A stretch of DNA of 64,000 nucleotides from Eledone cirrhosa (lineage: Eukaryota), in the NCBI GenBank assembly GCA_964016885.1, contig OZ024741.1, positions 414,780,001 to 414,844,000 on the forward strand, read 5' to 3'. Positions 33,001 to 46,112 of the stretch are shown here, piece after piece; position 1 is the stretch's first letter; each line of letters begins with the position of its first letter. The notes under the pieces are model-generated. The model saw only the letters and a list, made by a program, of their open reading frames with translations, ran no database searches and was not told the origin of the DNA. The position numbers were made by a program, and so were the translations under genes.

Positions 33001-36000
33001 TGGTCTGACAATCTACCGAGTATAAGACACCAGGAGACCTACATCACACGTACTTTGTTCTGACACTCTACCGAGTATAAGACACCACGAGACCTACAGC
33101 ACACATACTTTGGTCTGACACTCTACCGAGTATAAGACACCAGGAGACCTACATCACACATACTTTGGTCTTACACTCTACCGAGTATAAGACACCAGGA
33201 GACGTACATCACACATACATAGGTCTGACACTTTACCGAGTATAAGACACCGGGAGACCTACATCACACATACATAGGTCTGACACTCTACCGAGTATAA
33301 GACACCAGGAGACCTACATCACACATACTTTGGTCTGACACTCTACCGAGTATAAGACACCAGGAGACGTACATCACATGTACTTTGGTCTCACACTCTA
33401 CCGAGTATAACACACCGGGAGATCTACATCACACATACTTTGGTCTTACACTCTACCGAGTATAAGACACCGGGAGACCTACATCACACATACTTTGGTC
33501 TGACACTCTACCGAGTATAAGACACCAGGAGACCTACAGCAGACATACTTTGGTCTGACACTCTACCGAGTATAACACACCAGGAGATCTACATCACACG
33601 TACTTTGGTCTGACACTCTACCGAGTATAAGACACCAGGAGACCTACATCACACATACTTTGGTCTGACACTCTACCGAGTATAAGACACCAGGAGACCT
33701 ACATCACACGTACTTTGGTCTGACACTCTACCGAGTATAACACACCAGGAGACCTACATCACACGTACTTTGGTCTGACACTCTACCGAGTATAAGACAC
33801 CAGGAGACCTACATCACACATACTTTGGTTTTACACTCTACCGAGTATAAGACACCAGGAGACCTACATCACACGTACATAGGTTTAACACTCTACCGAG
33901 TATAAGACACCAGGAGACCTACACCACACAGACTTTGGTCTGACACTCTACCAAGTATAAGACACCAGGAGACCTACATCACACATACTTTGGTCTGACA
34001 CTCTACCGAGTATAAGACACCAGGAGACCTACATCACACATACTTTGGTCTGACACTCTACCGAGTAGAAGACACCGGGAGACCTACATCACACATACAT
34101 AGGTCTGACACTCTACCGAGTATAAGACACCGGGAGACCTACAGCACACGTACTTTGATCTGACACTCTACCGAGTATAAGACACCCGGAGATCTACATC
34201 ACACATACTTTGGTCTGACACTCTACCGAGTATAAGACACCAGGAGACCTACATCACGCATACTTTGGTCTGACACTCTACCAAGTATAAGACACCAGGA
34301 GATGTACATCACACATACATAGGTCTGACACTCTACAGAGTATAAGACACCAGGAGACCTACATCACACGTACTTTGGTCTGACACTCTACCGAGTATAA
34401 CACACCAGGAGACCTACTTCACACGTACTTTGGTCTGACACTCTACCGAGTATAAGACACCAGGAGACCTACATCACACGTACTTTGGTCTGACACTCTA
34501 CCGAGTATAAGACACCAGGAGACCTACATCACACGTACTTTGGTCTGACACTCTACCGAGTATAAGACACCAGGAGACCTACATCACACGTACTTTGGTC
34601 TGACACTCTACCGAGTATAAGACACCCGGAGACCTACATCACACGTACTTTGGTCTCACACTCTACCGAGTATAAGACACCAGGAGACCTACAGCACACA
34701 TACTTTGGTCTGACACTCTACCGAGTATAAGACACCAGCAGACCTACATCACACATACTTTGGTCTTACACTCTACCGAGTATAAGACACCAGCAGACCT
34801 ACATCACACATACTTTGGCCTTACACTCTACCGAGTATAAGACACCAGGAGACCTACATCACACATACATAGGTTTAACACTCTACCGAGTATAAGACAC
34901 CAGGAGACCTACATCACACATACTTTGGTCTTACACTCTACCGAGTATAAGACACCAGGAGACCTACATCACACGTACTTTGGTCTGACACTCTACCGAG
35001 TATAAGACACCAGGAGACCTACATCACACGTACTTTGGTCTGACACTCTACCAAGTATAAGACACCAGGTGACCTACATCACACGTACTTTGGTCTCACA
35101 CTCTACCGAGTATAAGACACCAGTAGACCTTCAGCACACATACTTTGGTATGACACTCTACCGAGTATAAGACACCAGGAGACCTACATCACACGTACAT
35201 TGGTCTGACACTCTACCGAGTATAAGACACCTGGAGACCTACAGCACACATACTTTGGTCTGACACTGTACCGAGTATAAGACACCAGGAGACCTACATC
35301 ACACATACTTTGGTCTTACACTCTACCGAGTATAAGACACCAGGAGACCTACATCACACATACATAGGTTTAACACTCTACCGAGTATAAGACACCAGGA
35401 GACGTACATCACACATACTTTGGTCTTACACTCTACCGAGTATAAGACACCAGGAGACCTACATCACACATATTTTGGTCTTACACGCTACAGAGTATAA
35501 GACACCAGGAGACCTACATCACACATACTTTGGTCTGACACTCTACCGAGTATAAGACACCAGGAGACCTACATCACACGGACTTTGGTCTCACACTCTA
35601 CCGAGTATAAGACACCAGGAGACCTACATCACACATACTTTGGTCTGACACTCTACCGAGTATAAGACACCAGGAGACCTACATCACACGTACTTTGGTC
35701 TGACACTCTACCGAGTATAAGACACCAGGAGAGCTACATCACACATACTTTGGTCTGACACTCTACCGAGTATAAGACACCAGGAGACCTACATCATAAG
35801 TATTTTGGTCTGACACTCTACCGAGTATAAGACACCAGTAGACCTACATCACACATACTTTGGTCTGACACTCTACCAAGTATAAGACACCAGGAAACCT
35901 ACATCACAGGTATTTTGGTCTGACACTCTACCGAGTATAAGACACCAGGCAACCTACATCACACGTATTTTGGTCTTACACTCTACCGAGTATAAGACAC

Positions 36001-39000
36001 CAGGAGACCTACATCACACATACTTTGGTCTGACACTCTACCGAGTATAAGACACCAGGAGACCTACATCACACATACATAGGTTTAACACTCTACCGAG
36101 TATAAGACACCAGGAGACCTACATCACACATACTTTGGTCTGACACTCTACCGAGTATAAGACACTAGGAAACCTACATCACAGGTATTTTGGTCTGACA
36201 CTCTACCGAGTATAAGACACCAGGAGACCTACATCACACATACTTTGGTCTGACACTCTACCAAGTATAAGACACCGGGAGACCTACATCACACGTACTT
36301 TGGGCTGACACTCTACCGAGTATAAGACACCAGGAGACCTACATCACAGGTATTTTGGTCTGACACTCTACCGAGTATAAGACACCAGGAGACCTACATC
36401 ACACATACTTTGGTCTGACACTCTACCGAGTATAAGACACCAGGAGACCTACATCACACATACATAGGTTTAACACTCTACCGAGTATAAGACACCAGGA
36501 GACCTACATCACACATACTTTGGTCTGACACTCTACTGAGTACAAGACACCAAGAGACCTACATCACACGTACTTTGGTCTGACAATCTACCGAGTATAA
36601 GACACCAGGAGACCTACATCACACGTACTTTGTTCTGACACTCTACCGAGTATAAGACACCAGGAGACCTACATCACACATACTTTGGTCTGACACTCTA
36701 CCGAGTATAAGACACCAGGAGACCTACATCACACATACTTTGGTCTTACACTCTACCGAGTATAAGACACCAGGAGACGTACATCACACATACATAGGTC
36801 TGACACTTTACCGAGTATAAGACACCGGGAGACCTACATCACACATACATAGGTCTGACACTCTACCGAGTATAAGACACCAGGAGACCTACATCACACA
36901 TACTTTGGTCTGACACTCTACCGAGTATAAGACACCGGGAGACCTACAGCACACGTACTTTGATCTGACACTCTACCGAGTATAAGACACCCGGAGATCT
37001 ACATCACACATACTTTGGTCTGACACTCTACCGAGTATAAGACACCAGGAGACCTACATCACGCATACTTTGGTCTGACACTCTACCAAGTATAAGACAC
37101 CAGGAGATGTACATCACACATACATAGGTCTGACACTCTACAGAGTATAAGACACCAGGAGACCTACATCACACGTACTTTGGTCTGACACTCTACCGAG
37201 TATAACACACCAGGAGACCTACTTCACACGTACTTTGGTCTGACACTCTACCGAGTATAAGACACCAGGAGACCTACATCACACGTACTTTGGTCTGACA
37301 CTCTACCGAGTATAAGACACCAGGAGACCTACATCACACGTACTTTGGTCTGACACTCTACCGAGTATAAGACACCAGGAGACCTACATCACACGTACTT
37401 TGGTCTGACACTCTACCGAGTATAAGACACCCGGAGACCTACATCACACGTACTTTGGTCTCACACTCTACCGAGTATAAGACACCAGGAGACCTACAGC
37501 ACACATACTTTGGTCTGACACTCTACCGAGTATAAGACACCAGCAGACCTACATCACACATACTTTGGTCTTACACTCTACCGAGTATAAGACACCAGCA
37601 GACCTACATCACACATACTTTGGCCTTACACTCTACCGAGTATAAGACACCAGGAGACCTACATCACACATACATAGGTTTAACACTCTACCGAGTATAA
37701 GACACCAGGAGACCTACATCACACATACTTTGGTCTTACACTCTACCGAGTATAAGACACCAGGAGACCTACATCACACGTACTTTGGTCTGACACTCTA
37801 CCGAGTATAAGACACCAGGAGACCTACATCACACGTACTTTGGTCTGACACTCTACCAAGTATAAGACACCAGGTGACCTACATCACACGTACTTTGGTC
37901 TCACACTCTACCGAGTATAAGACACCAGTAGACCTTCAGCACACATACTTTGGTATGACACTCTACCGAGTATAAGACACCAGGAGACCTACATCACACG
38001 TACATTGGTCTGACACTCTACCGAGTATAAGACACCTGGAGACCTACAGCACACATACTTTGGTCTGACACTGTACCGAGTATAAGACACCAGGAGACCT
38101 ACATCACACATACTTTGGTCTTACACTCTACCGAGTATAAGACACCAGGAGACCTACATCACACATACATAGGTTTAACACTCTACCGAGTATAAGACAC
38201 CAGGAGACGTACATCACACATACTTTGGTCTTACACTCTACCGAGTATAAGACACCAGGAGACCTACATCACACATATTTTGGTCTTACACGCTACAGAG
38301 TATAAGACACCAGGAGACCTACATCACACATACTTTGGTCTGACACTCTACCGAGTATAAGACACCAGGAGACCTACATCACACGGACTTTGGTCTCACA
38401 CTCTACCGAGTATAAGACACCAGGAGACCTACATCACACATACTTTGGTCTGACACTCTACCGAGTATAAGACACCAGGAGACCTACATCACACGTACTT
38501 TGGTCTGACACTCTACCGAGTATAAGACACCAGGAGAGCTACATCACACATACTTTGGTCTGACACTCTACCGAGTATAAGACACCAGGAGACCTACATC
38601 ATAAGTATTTTGGTCTGACACTCTACCGAGTATAAGACACCAGTAGACCTACATCACACATACTTTGGTCTGACACTCTACCAAGTATAAGACACCAGGA
38701 AACCTACATCACAGGTATTTTGGTCTGACACTCTACCGAGTATAAGACACCAGGCAACCTACATCACACGTATTTTGGTCTTACACTCTACCGAGTATAA
38801 GACACCAGGAGACCTACATCACACATACTTTGGTCTGACACTCTACCGAGTATAAGACACCAGGAGACCTACATCACACATACATAGGTTTAACACTCTA
38901 CCGAGTATAAGACACCAGGAGACCTACATCACACATACTTTGGTCTGACACTCTACCGAGTATAAGACACTAGGAAACCTACATCACAGGTATTTTGGTC

Positions 39001-42000
39001 TGACACTCTACCGAGTATAAGACACCAGGAGACCTACATCACACATACTTTGGTCTGACACTCTACCAAGTATAAGACACCGGGAGACCTACATCACACG
39101 TACTTTGGGCTGACACTCTACCGAGTATAAGACACCAGGAGACCTACATCACAGGTATTTTGGTCTGACACTCTACCGAGTATAAGACACCAGGAGACCT
39201 ACATCACACATACTTTGGTCTGACACTCTACCGAGTATAAGACACCAGGAGACCTACATCACACATACATAGGTTTAACACTCTACCGAGTATAAGACAC
39301 CAGGAGACCTACATCACACATACTTTGGTCTGACACTCTACTGAGTACAAGACACCAAGAGACCTACATCACACGTACTTTGGTCTGACAATCTACCGAG
39401 TATAAGACACCAGGAGACCTACATCACACGTACTTTGTTCTGACACTCTACCGAGTATAAGACACCAGGAGACCTACATCACACATACTTTGGTCTGACA
39501 CTCTACCGAGTATAAGACACCAGGAGACCTACATCACACATACTTTGGTCTTACACTCTACCGAGTATAAGACACCAGGAGACGTACATCACACATACAT
39601 AGGTCTGACACTTTACCGAGTATAAGACACCGGGAGACCTACATCACACATACATAGGTCTGACACTCTACCGAGTATAAGACACCAGGAGACCTACATC
39701 ACACATACTTTGGTCTGACACTCTACCGAGTATAAGACACCAGGAGACGTACATCACATGTACTTTGGTCTCACACTCTACCGAGTATAACACACCGGGA
39801 GATCTACATCACACATACTTTGGTCTTACACTCTACCGAGTATAAGACACCGGGAGACCTACAGCAGACATACTTTGGTCTGACACTCTACCGAGTATAA
39901 CACACCAGGAGATCTACATCACACGTACTTTGGTCTGACACTCTACCGAGTATAAGACACCCGGAGACCTACATCACACGTACTTTGGTCTGACACTCTA
40001 CCGAGTATAAGACACCGGGAGACCTACATCACACATACTTTGGTTTTACACTCTACCGAGTATAAGACACCAGGAGACCTACATCACACGTACATAGGTT
40101 TAACACTCTACCGAGTATAAGACACCAGGAGACCTACACCACACATACTTTGGTCTGACACTCTACCAAGTATAAGACACCAGGAGACCTACATCACACA
40201 TACTTTGGTCTGACACTCTACCGAGTATAAGACACCAGGAGACCTACATCACACATACTTTGGTCTGACACTCTACCGAGTAGAAGACACCGGGAGACCT
40301 ACATCACACATACATAGGTCTGACACTCTACCGAGTATAAGACACCGGGAGACCTACAGCACACGTACTTTGATCTGACACTCTACCGAGTATAAGACAC
40401 CCGGAGACCTACATCACACGTACTTTGGTCTCACACTCTACCGAGTATAACACACCAGGAGACCTACAGCACACATACTTTGGTCTGACACTCTACCGAG
40501 TATAACACACCAGGAGACCTACATCACACATACTCTGGTCTGACACACTACCGAGTATAAGACACCAGGAGATCTACATCACACATACTTTGGTCTGACA
40601 CTCTACCGAGTATAAGACACCAGGAGACCTACATCACGCATACTTTGGTCTGACACTCTACCAAGTATAAGACACCAGGAGATGTACATCACACATACAT
40701 AGGTCTGACACTCTACAGAGTATAAGACACCAGGAGACCTACATCACACGTACTTTGGTCTGACACTCTACCGAGTATAACACACCAGGAGACCTACTTC
40801 ACACGTACTTTGGTCTGACACTCTACCGAGTATAAGACACCAGGAGACCTACATCACACGTACTTTGGTCTGACACTCTACCGAGTATAAGACACCAGGA
40901 GACCTACATCACACGTACTTTGGTCTGACACTCTACCGAGTATAAGACACCAGGAGACCTACATCACACGTACTTTGGTCTGACACTCTACCGAGTATAA
41001 GACACCCGGAGACCTACATCACACGTACTTTGGTCTCACACTCTACCGAGTATAACACACCAGGAGACCTACAGCACACATACTTTGGTCTGACACTCTA
41101 CCGAGTATAAGACACCAGCAGACCTACATCACACATACTTTGGTCTTACACTCTACCGAGTATAAGACACCAGCAGACCTACATCACACATACTTTGGCC
41201 TTACACTCTACCGAGTATAAGACACCAGGAGACCTACATCACACATACATAGGTTTAACACTCTACCGAGTATAAGACACCAGGAGACCTACATCACACA
41301 TACTTTGGTCTTACACTCTACCGAGTATAAGACACCAGGAGACCTACATCACACGTACTTTGGTCTGACACTCTACCGAGTATAAGACACCAGGAGACCT
41401 ACATCACACGTACTTTGGTCTGACACTCTACCAAGTATAAGACACCAGGTGACCTACATCACACGTACTTTGGTCTCACACTCTACCGAGTATAAGACAC
41501 CAGTAGACCTTCAGCACACATACTTTGGTATGACACTCTACCGAGTATAAGACACCAGGAGACCTACATCACACGTACATTGGTCTGACACTCTACCGAG
41601 TATAAGACACCTGGAGACCTACAGCACACATACTTTGGTCTGACACTGTACCGAGTATAAGACACCAGGAGACCTACATCACACATACTTTGGTCTTACA
41701 CTCTACCGAGTATAAGACACCAGGAGACCTACAACACACATACATAGGTTTAACACTCTACCGAGTATAAGACACCAGGAGACGTACATCACACATACTT
41801 TGGTCTTACACTCTACCGAGTATAAGACACCAGGAGACCTACATCACACATATTTTGGTCTTACACGCTACAGAGTATAAGACACCAGGAGACCTACATC
41901 ACACATACTTTGGTCTGACACTCTACCGAGTATAAGACACCAGGAGACCTACATCACACGGACTTTGGTCTCACACTCTACCGAGTATAAGACACCAGGA

Positions 42001-45000
42001 GACCTACATCACACATACTTTGGTCTGACACTCTACCGAGTATAAGACACCAGGAGACCTACATCACACGTACTTTGGTCTGACACTCTACCGAGTATAA
42101 GACACCAGGAGAGCTACATCACACATACTTTGGTCTGACACTCTACCGAGTATAAGACACCAGGAGACCTACATCATAAGTATTTTGGTCTGACACTCTA
42201 CCGAGTATAAGACACCAGTAGACCTACATCACACATACTTTGGTCTGACACTCTACCAAGTATAAGACACCAGGAAACCTACATCACAGGTATTTTGGTC
42301 TGACACTCTACCGAGTATAAGACACCAGGAAACCTACATCACACGTATTTTGGTCTTACACTCTACCGAGTATAAGACACCAGGAGACCTACATCACACA
42401 TACTTTGGTCTGACACTCTACCGAGTATAAGACACCAGGAGACCTACATCACACATACATAGGTTTAACACTCTACCGAGTATAAGACACCAGGAGACCT
42501 ACATCACACATACTTTGGTCTGACACTCTACCGAGTATAAGACACTAGGAAACCTACATCACAGGTATTTTGGTCTGACACTCTACCGAGTATAAGACAC
42601 CAGGAGACCTACATCACACATACTTTGGTCTGACACTCTACCAAGTATAAGACACCGGGAGACCTACATCACACGTACTTTGGGCTGACACTCTACCGAG
42701 TATAAGACACCAGGAGACCTACATCACAGGTATTTTGGTCTGACACTCTACCGAGTATAAGACACCAGGAGACCTACATCACACATACATAGGTTTAACA
42801 CTCTACCGAGTATAAGACACCAGGAGACCTACATCACACATACTTTGGTCTGACACTCTACCGAGTACAAGACACCAAGAGACCTACATCACACGTACTT
42901 TGGTCTGACAATCTACCGAGTATAAGACACCAGGAGACCTACATCACACGTACTTTGTTCTGACACTCTACCGAGTATAAGACACCAGGAGACCTACATC
43001 ACACATACTTTGGTCTGACACTCTACCGAGTATAAGACACCAGGAGACCTACATCACACATACTTTGGTCTTACACTCTACCGAGTATAAGACACCAGGA
43101 GACGTACATCACACATACATAGGTCTGACACTTTACCGAGTATAAGACACCGGGAGACCTACATCACACATACATAGGTCTGACACTCTACCGAGTATAA
43201 GACACCAGGAGACCTACATCACACATACTTTGGTCTGACACTCTACCGAGTATAAGACACCAGGAGACGTACATCACATGTACTTTGGTCTCACACTCTA
43301 CCGAGTATAACACACCGGGAGATCTACATCACACATACTTTGGTCTTACACTCTACCGAGTATAAGACACCGGGAGACCTACAGCAGACATACTTTGGTC
43401 TGACACTCTACCGAGTATAACACACCAGGAGATCTACATCACACGTACTTTGGTCTGACACTCTACCGAGTATAAGACACCAGGAGACCTACATCACACG
43501 TACTTTGGTCTGACACTCTACCGAGTATAAGCCACCAGGAGACCTACATCACACATACTTTGGTCTGACACTCTACCGAGTAGAAGACACCGGGAGACCT
43601 ACATCACACATACATAGGTCTGACACTCTACCGAGTATAAGACACCGGGAGACCTACAGCACACGTACTTTGATCTGACACTCTACCGAGTATAAGACAC
43701 CCGGAGACCTACATCACACGTACTTTGGTCTCACACTCTACCGAGTATAACACACCAGGAGACCTACAGCACACATACTTTGGTCTGACACTCTACCGAG
43801 TATAACACACCAGGAGACCTACATCACACATACTCTGGTCTGACACTCTACCGAGTATAAGACACCAGGAGATCTACATCACACATACTTTGGTCTGACA
43901 CTCTACCGAGTATAAGACACCAGGAGACCTACATCACGCATACTTTGGTCTGACACTCTACCAAGTATAAGACACCAGGAGATGTACATCACACATACAT
44001 AGGTCTGACACTCTACAGAGTATAAGACACCAGGAGACCTACATCACACGTACTTTGGTCTGACACTCTACCGAGTATAACACACCAGGAGACCTACTTC
44101 ACACGTACTTTGGTCTGACACTCTACCGAGTATAAGACACCAGGAGACCTACATCACACGTACTTTGGTCTGACACTCTACCGAGTATAAGACACCAGGA
44201 GACCTACATCACACGTACTTTGGTCTGACACTCTACCGAGTATAAGACACCAGGAGACCTACATCACACGTACTTTGGTCTGACACTCTACCGAGTATAA
44301 GACACCCGGAGACCTACATCACACGTACTTTGGTCTCACACTCTACCGAGTATAACACACCAGGAGACCTACAGCACACATACTTTGGTCTGACACTCTA
44401 CCGAGTATAACACACCAGGAGACCTACAGCACACATACTTTGGTCTGACACTCTACCGAGTATAAGACACCAGGAGATCTACATCACACATACTTTGGTC
44501 TGACACTCTACCAAGTATAAGACACCAGGAGACCTACATCACACGTACTTTGGCCTGACACTCTACCGAGTATAAGACACCAGGAGACCTACATCACATG
44601 TACTTTGGTCTGACTCTCTACCGAGTATAAGACACCAGGAGACCTACATCACACATACTTTGGTCTCACACTCTACCAAGTATAAGACACCAGGAGAACT
44701 ACATCACACATACTTTGGTCTGACACTCTACCGAGTATAAGACACCAGGAGAACTACATCACACATACTTTGGTCTGACACTCTACCGAGTATAAGACAC
44801 CAGGAGACCTACATCACACATACTTTGGTCTGACACTCTACCGAGTATAAGACACCAGGAGACCTACATCACACATACTTTGGTCTTACATTTTACCGAA
44901 TATAAGACACCAGGAGACCTACATCACACATACTTTGTTCTGACACTCTACCGAGTATAAGACACCAGGAGGCCTACATCACACATACTTTGGTCTGACA

Positions 45001-45078
45001 CTCTACCGAGTATAAGACACCAGGAGACCTACATCACACATACTTTGGTCTGACACTCTACCGAGTATAAGACACCAG
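1..45078. repeat. 55-bp tandem satellite array, about 820 units, continuing past the left edge; lies in the unc-79 intron after coding exon 4
   Basis: The consensus CTTTGGTCTGACACTCTACCGAGTATAAGACACCAGGAGACCTACATCACACATA repeats head-to-tail with a 55-bp period and usually 0-4 substitutions per unit. It ends abruptly at ...GACACCAG|TGCTGAGG (45078). Indels were seen only near 2397(+1), 9053(+1), 10232(-1), 16550(-2) and 28430(-2). Confidence 0.99.
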
Positions 45079-45133
45079 TGCTGAGGAATTTGTTATAACA
45101 GGAATACAATAACACAAAGTCTTATTAGTTTCA

Positions 45134-45172
45134 CATCATCATCATCATTTTACGTCCACTCTTCCCTGCTTG
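45134..45172 (-). mobile_element. Very short 5'-truncated RTE LINE 3' end with (GAT)n tail
   Basis: The reverse complement CAAGCAGGGAAGAGTGGACGTAAAATGATGATG matches the 3' end of the RTE copy at 50590-50624 with one mismatch. Confidence 0.85.
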
Positions 45173-45477
45173 AAAGGAAAATGAATGTTTCAATGTATCA
45201 GACTTTAGTCCTTCATTAGAAAAGAGGAAAGTTCAGAAAAAGAAAAGGTTGGAAGGTTGTGGAAGAAAATAAAATAGAAAAAAAAATGGTTTTATCAGGG
45301 TGGATAAGGTGGGCAGGTAAGTATTCCGGGGGGGTCAGAGGGTCTAGGTTATATGTATACAAGGGTGCACCTCCAAAATATAGATACTATCTACTTTATA
45401 GGTTACTCCAAATCAAAGCATATAGAAGCTCTTTAGAATTTAACCTAATTTTTGTCAAAGATGTGACAGGTTGAACT

Positions 45478-45765
45478 GGATGGATACTTTTTATCGTGTC
45501 ACCAACACAACCACTTTTCATGGTGGACTGGGTGCTTTATGTTGTGTCACCAACACAACCACTTTTCATGGTGGACTGGGTGCTTTATGTTGTGTCACCA
45601 ACATGACCACTTTTCATGGTGGACTGGGTGCTTTATGTTGTGTCACCAACACAACCACCTTACAGTGTGGACTGGGTGCTTTATGTTGTGTCACCAACAC
45701 AACCACCTTACAGTGTGGACTGGGTGCTTTTTGTCATGTCACCATCATGACCACCTTAAATGTCA
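45478..45765. repeat. 48-bp minisatellite, about 6 copies, derived from a SINE internal segment
   Basis: The unit is GGACTGGGTGCTTTATGTTGTGTCACCAACACAACCACTTTTCATGGT (variant ...CCTTACAGTGT). It resembles 63599-63645 ACCAACCACATTTACAGTGTGGACTGGGAAGTTTTTACTGTGTTACC. Confidence 0.9.
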
Positions 45766-45832
45766 TATCATGTCAGCGAGACAACCACTTTACATACATA
45801 AGCAAAGAATGAAACCTTTTGTCATGACTTAC

Positions 45833-46003
45833 CTAGTGTCATAGGAAGAAGACTGCTGCAGAGGAGATCAATTGTATCTTTGTGTAAAGAAGGTGGGAAA
45901 ATTGCCAGAGTTGATGCTACAGTATAGGGAAGAGCATTGAGCAACTCATGCTCCAGGAATGGTACCAGACATCCAAGAACATTTGATATTGCTTCACCAA
46001 GAT
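45833..46003 (-). CDS. unc79: unc-79 homolog, coding exon 4 (171 nt, phase 1 to 1)
   Basis: Acceptor ttcctattcttccAG, donor GTAAGT. Translation (D)LGEAISNVLGCLVPFLEHELLNALPYTVASTLAIFPPSLHKDTIDLLCSSLLPMTL resembles recalled vertebrate UNC79 'DLGQSIFYTTTCLLPFLNDDILSTLPYTMISTLATFPPFLHKDIIEYL'. Confidence 0.93.
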
Positions 46004-46112
46004 CTGGAAGAATAGGAAATCAAAAGTGAAATAAGTTACATTATAATAATTTGTTGACAAGTATTTCAGAAAGCCAGTACGATGTGGTAGAAATATATAA
46101 AGGACAGAGGAT

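Noticed and set aside
1-45078. CRISPR array (regular period, palindromic repeat)
   Set aside because: There are no unique spacers; the whole 55-bp unit repeats. No cas genes are present and the context is eukaryotic.
1-45078. Tandem hammerhead or retrozyme satellite
   Set aside because: The consensus unit lacks the CTGANGA and GAAA catalytic boxes on both strands.
45044-45080. The 37-nt segment as the true constitutive unc-79 exon 5
   Set aside because: In phase with exon 4 it hits a TAG stop, and no frame resembles the recalled next UNC79 segment. It is kept only as a cryptic or poison exon hypothesis.
45471-45844. Cys/His-rich repeat proteins from the ORF track
   Set aside because: These are translations of the 48-bp SINE-derived minisatellite, antisense within an intron.
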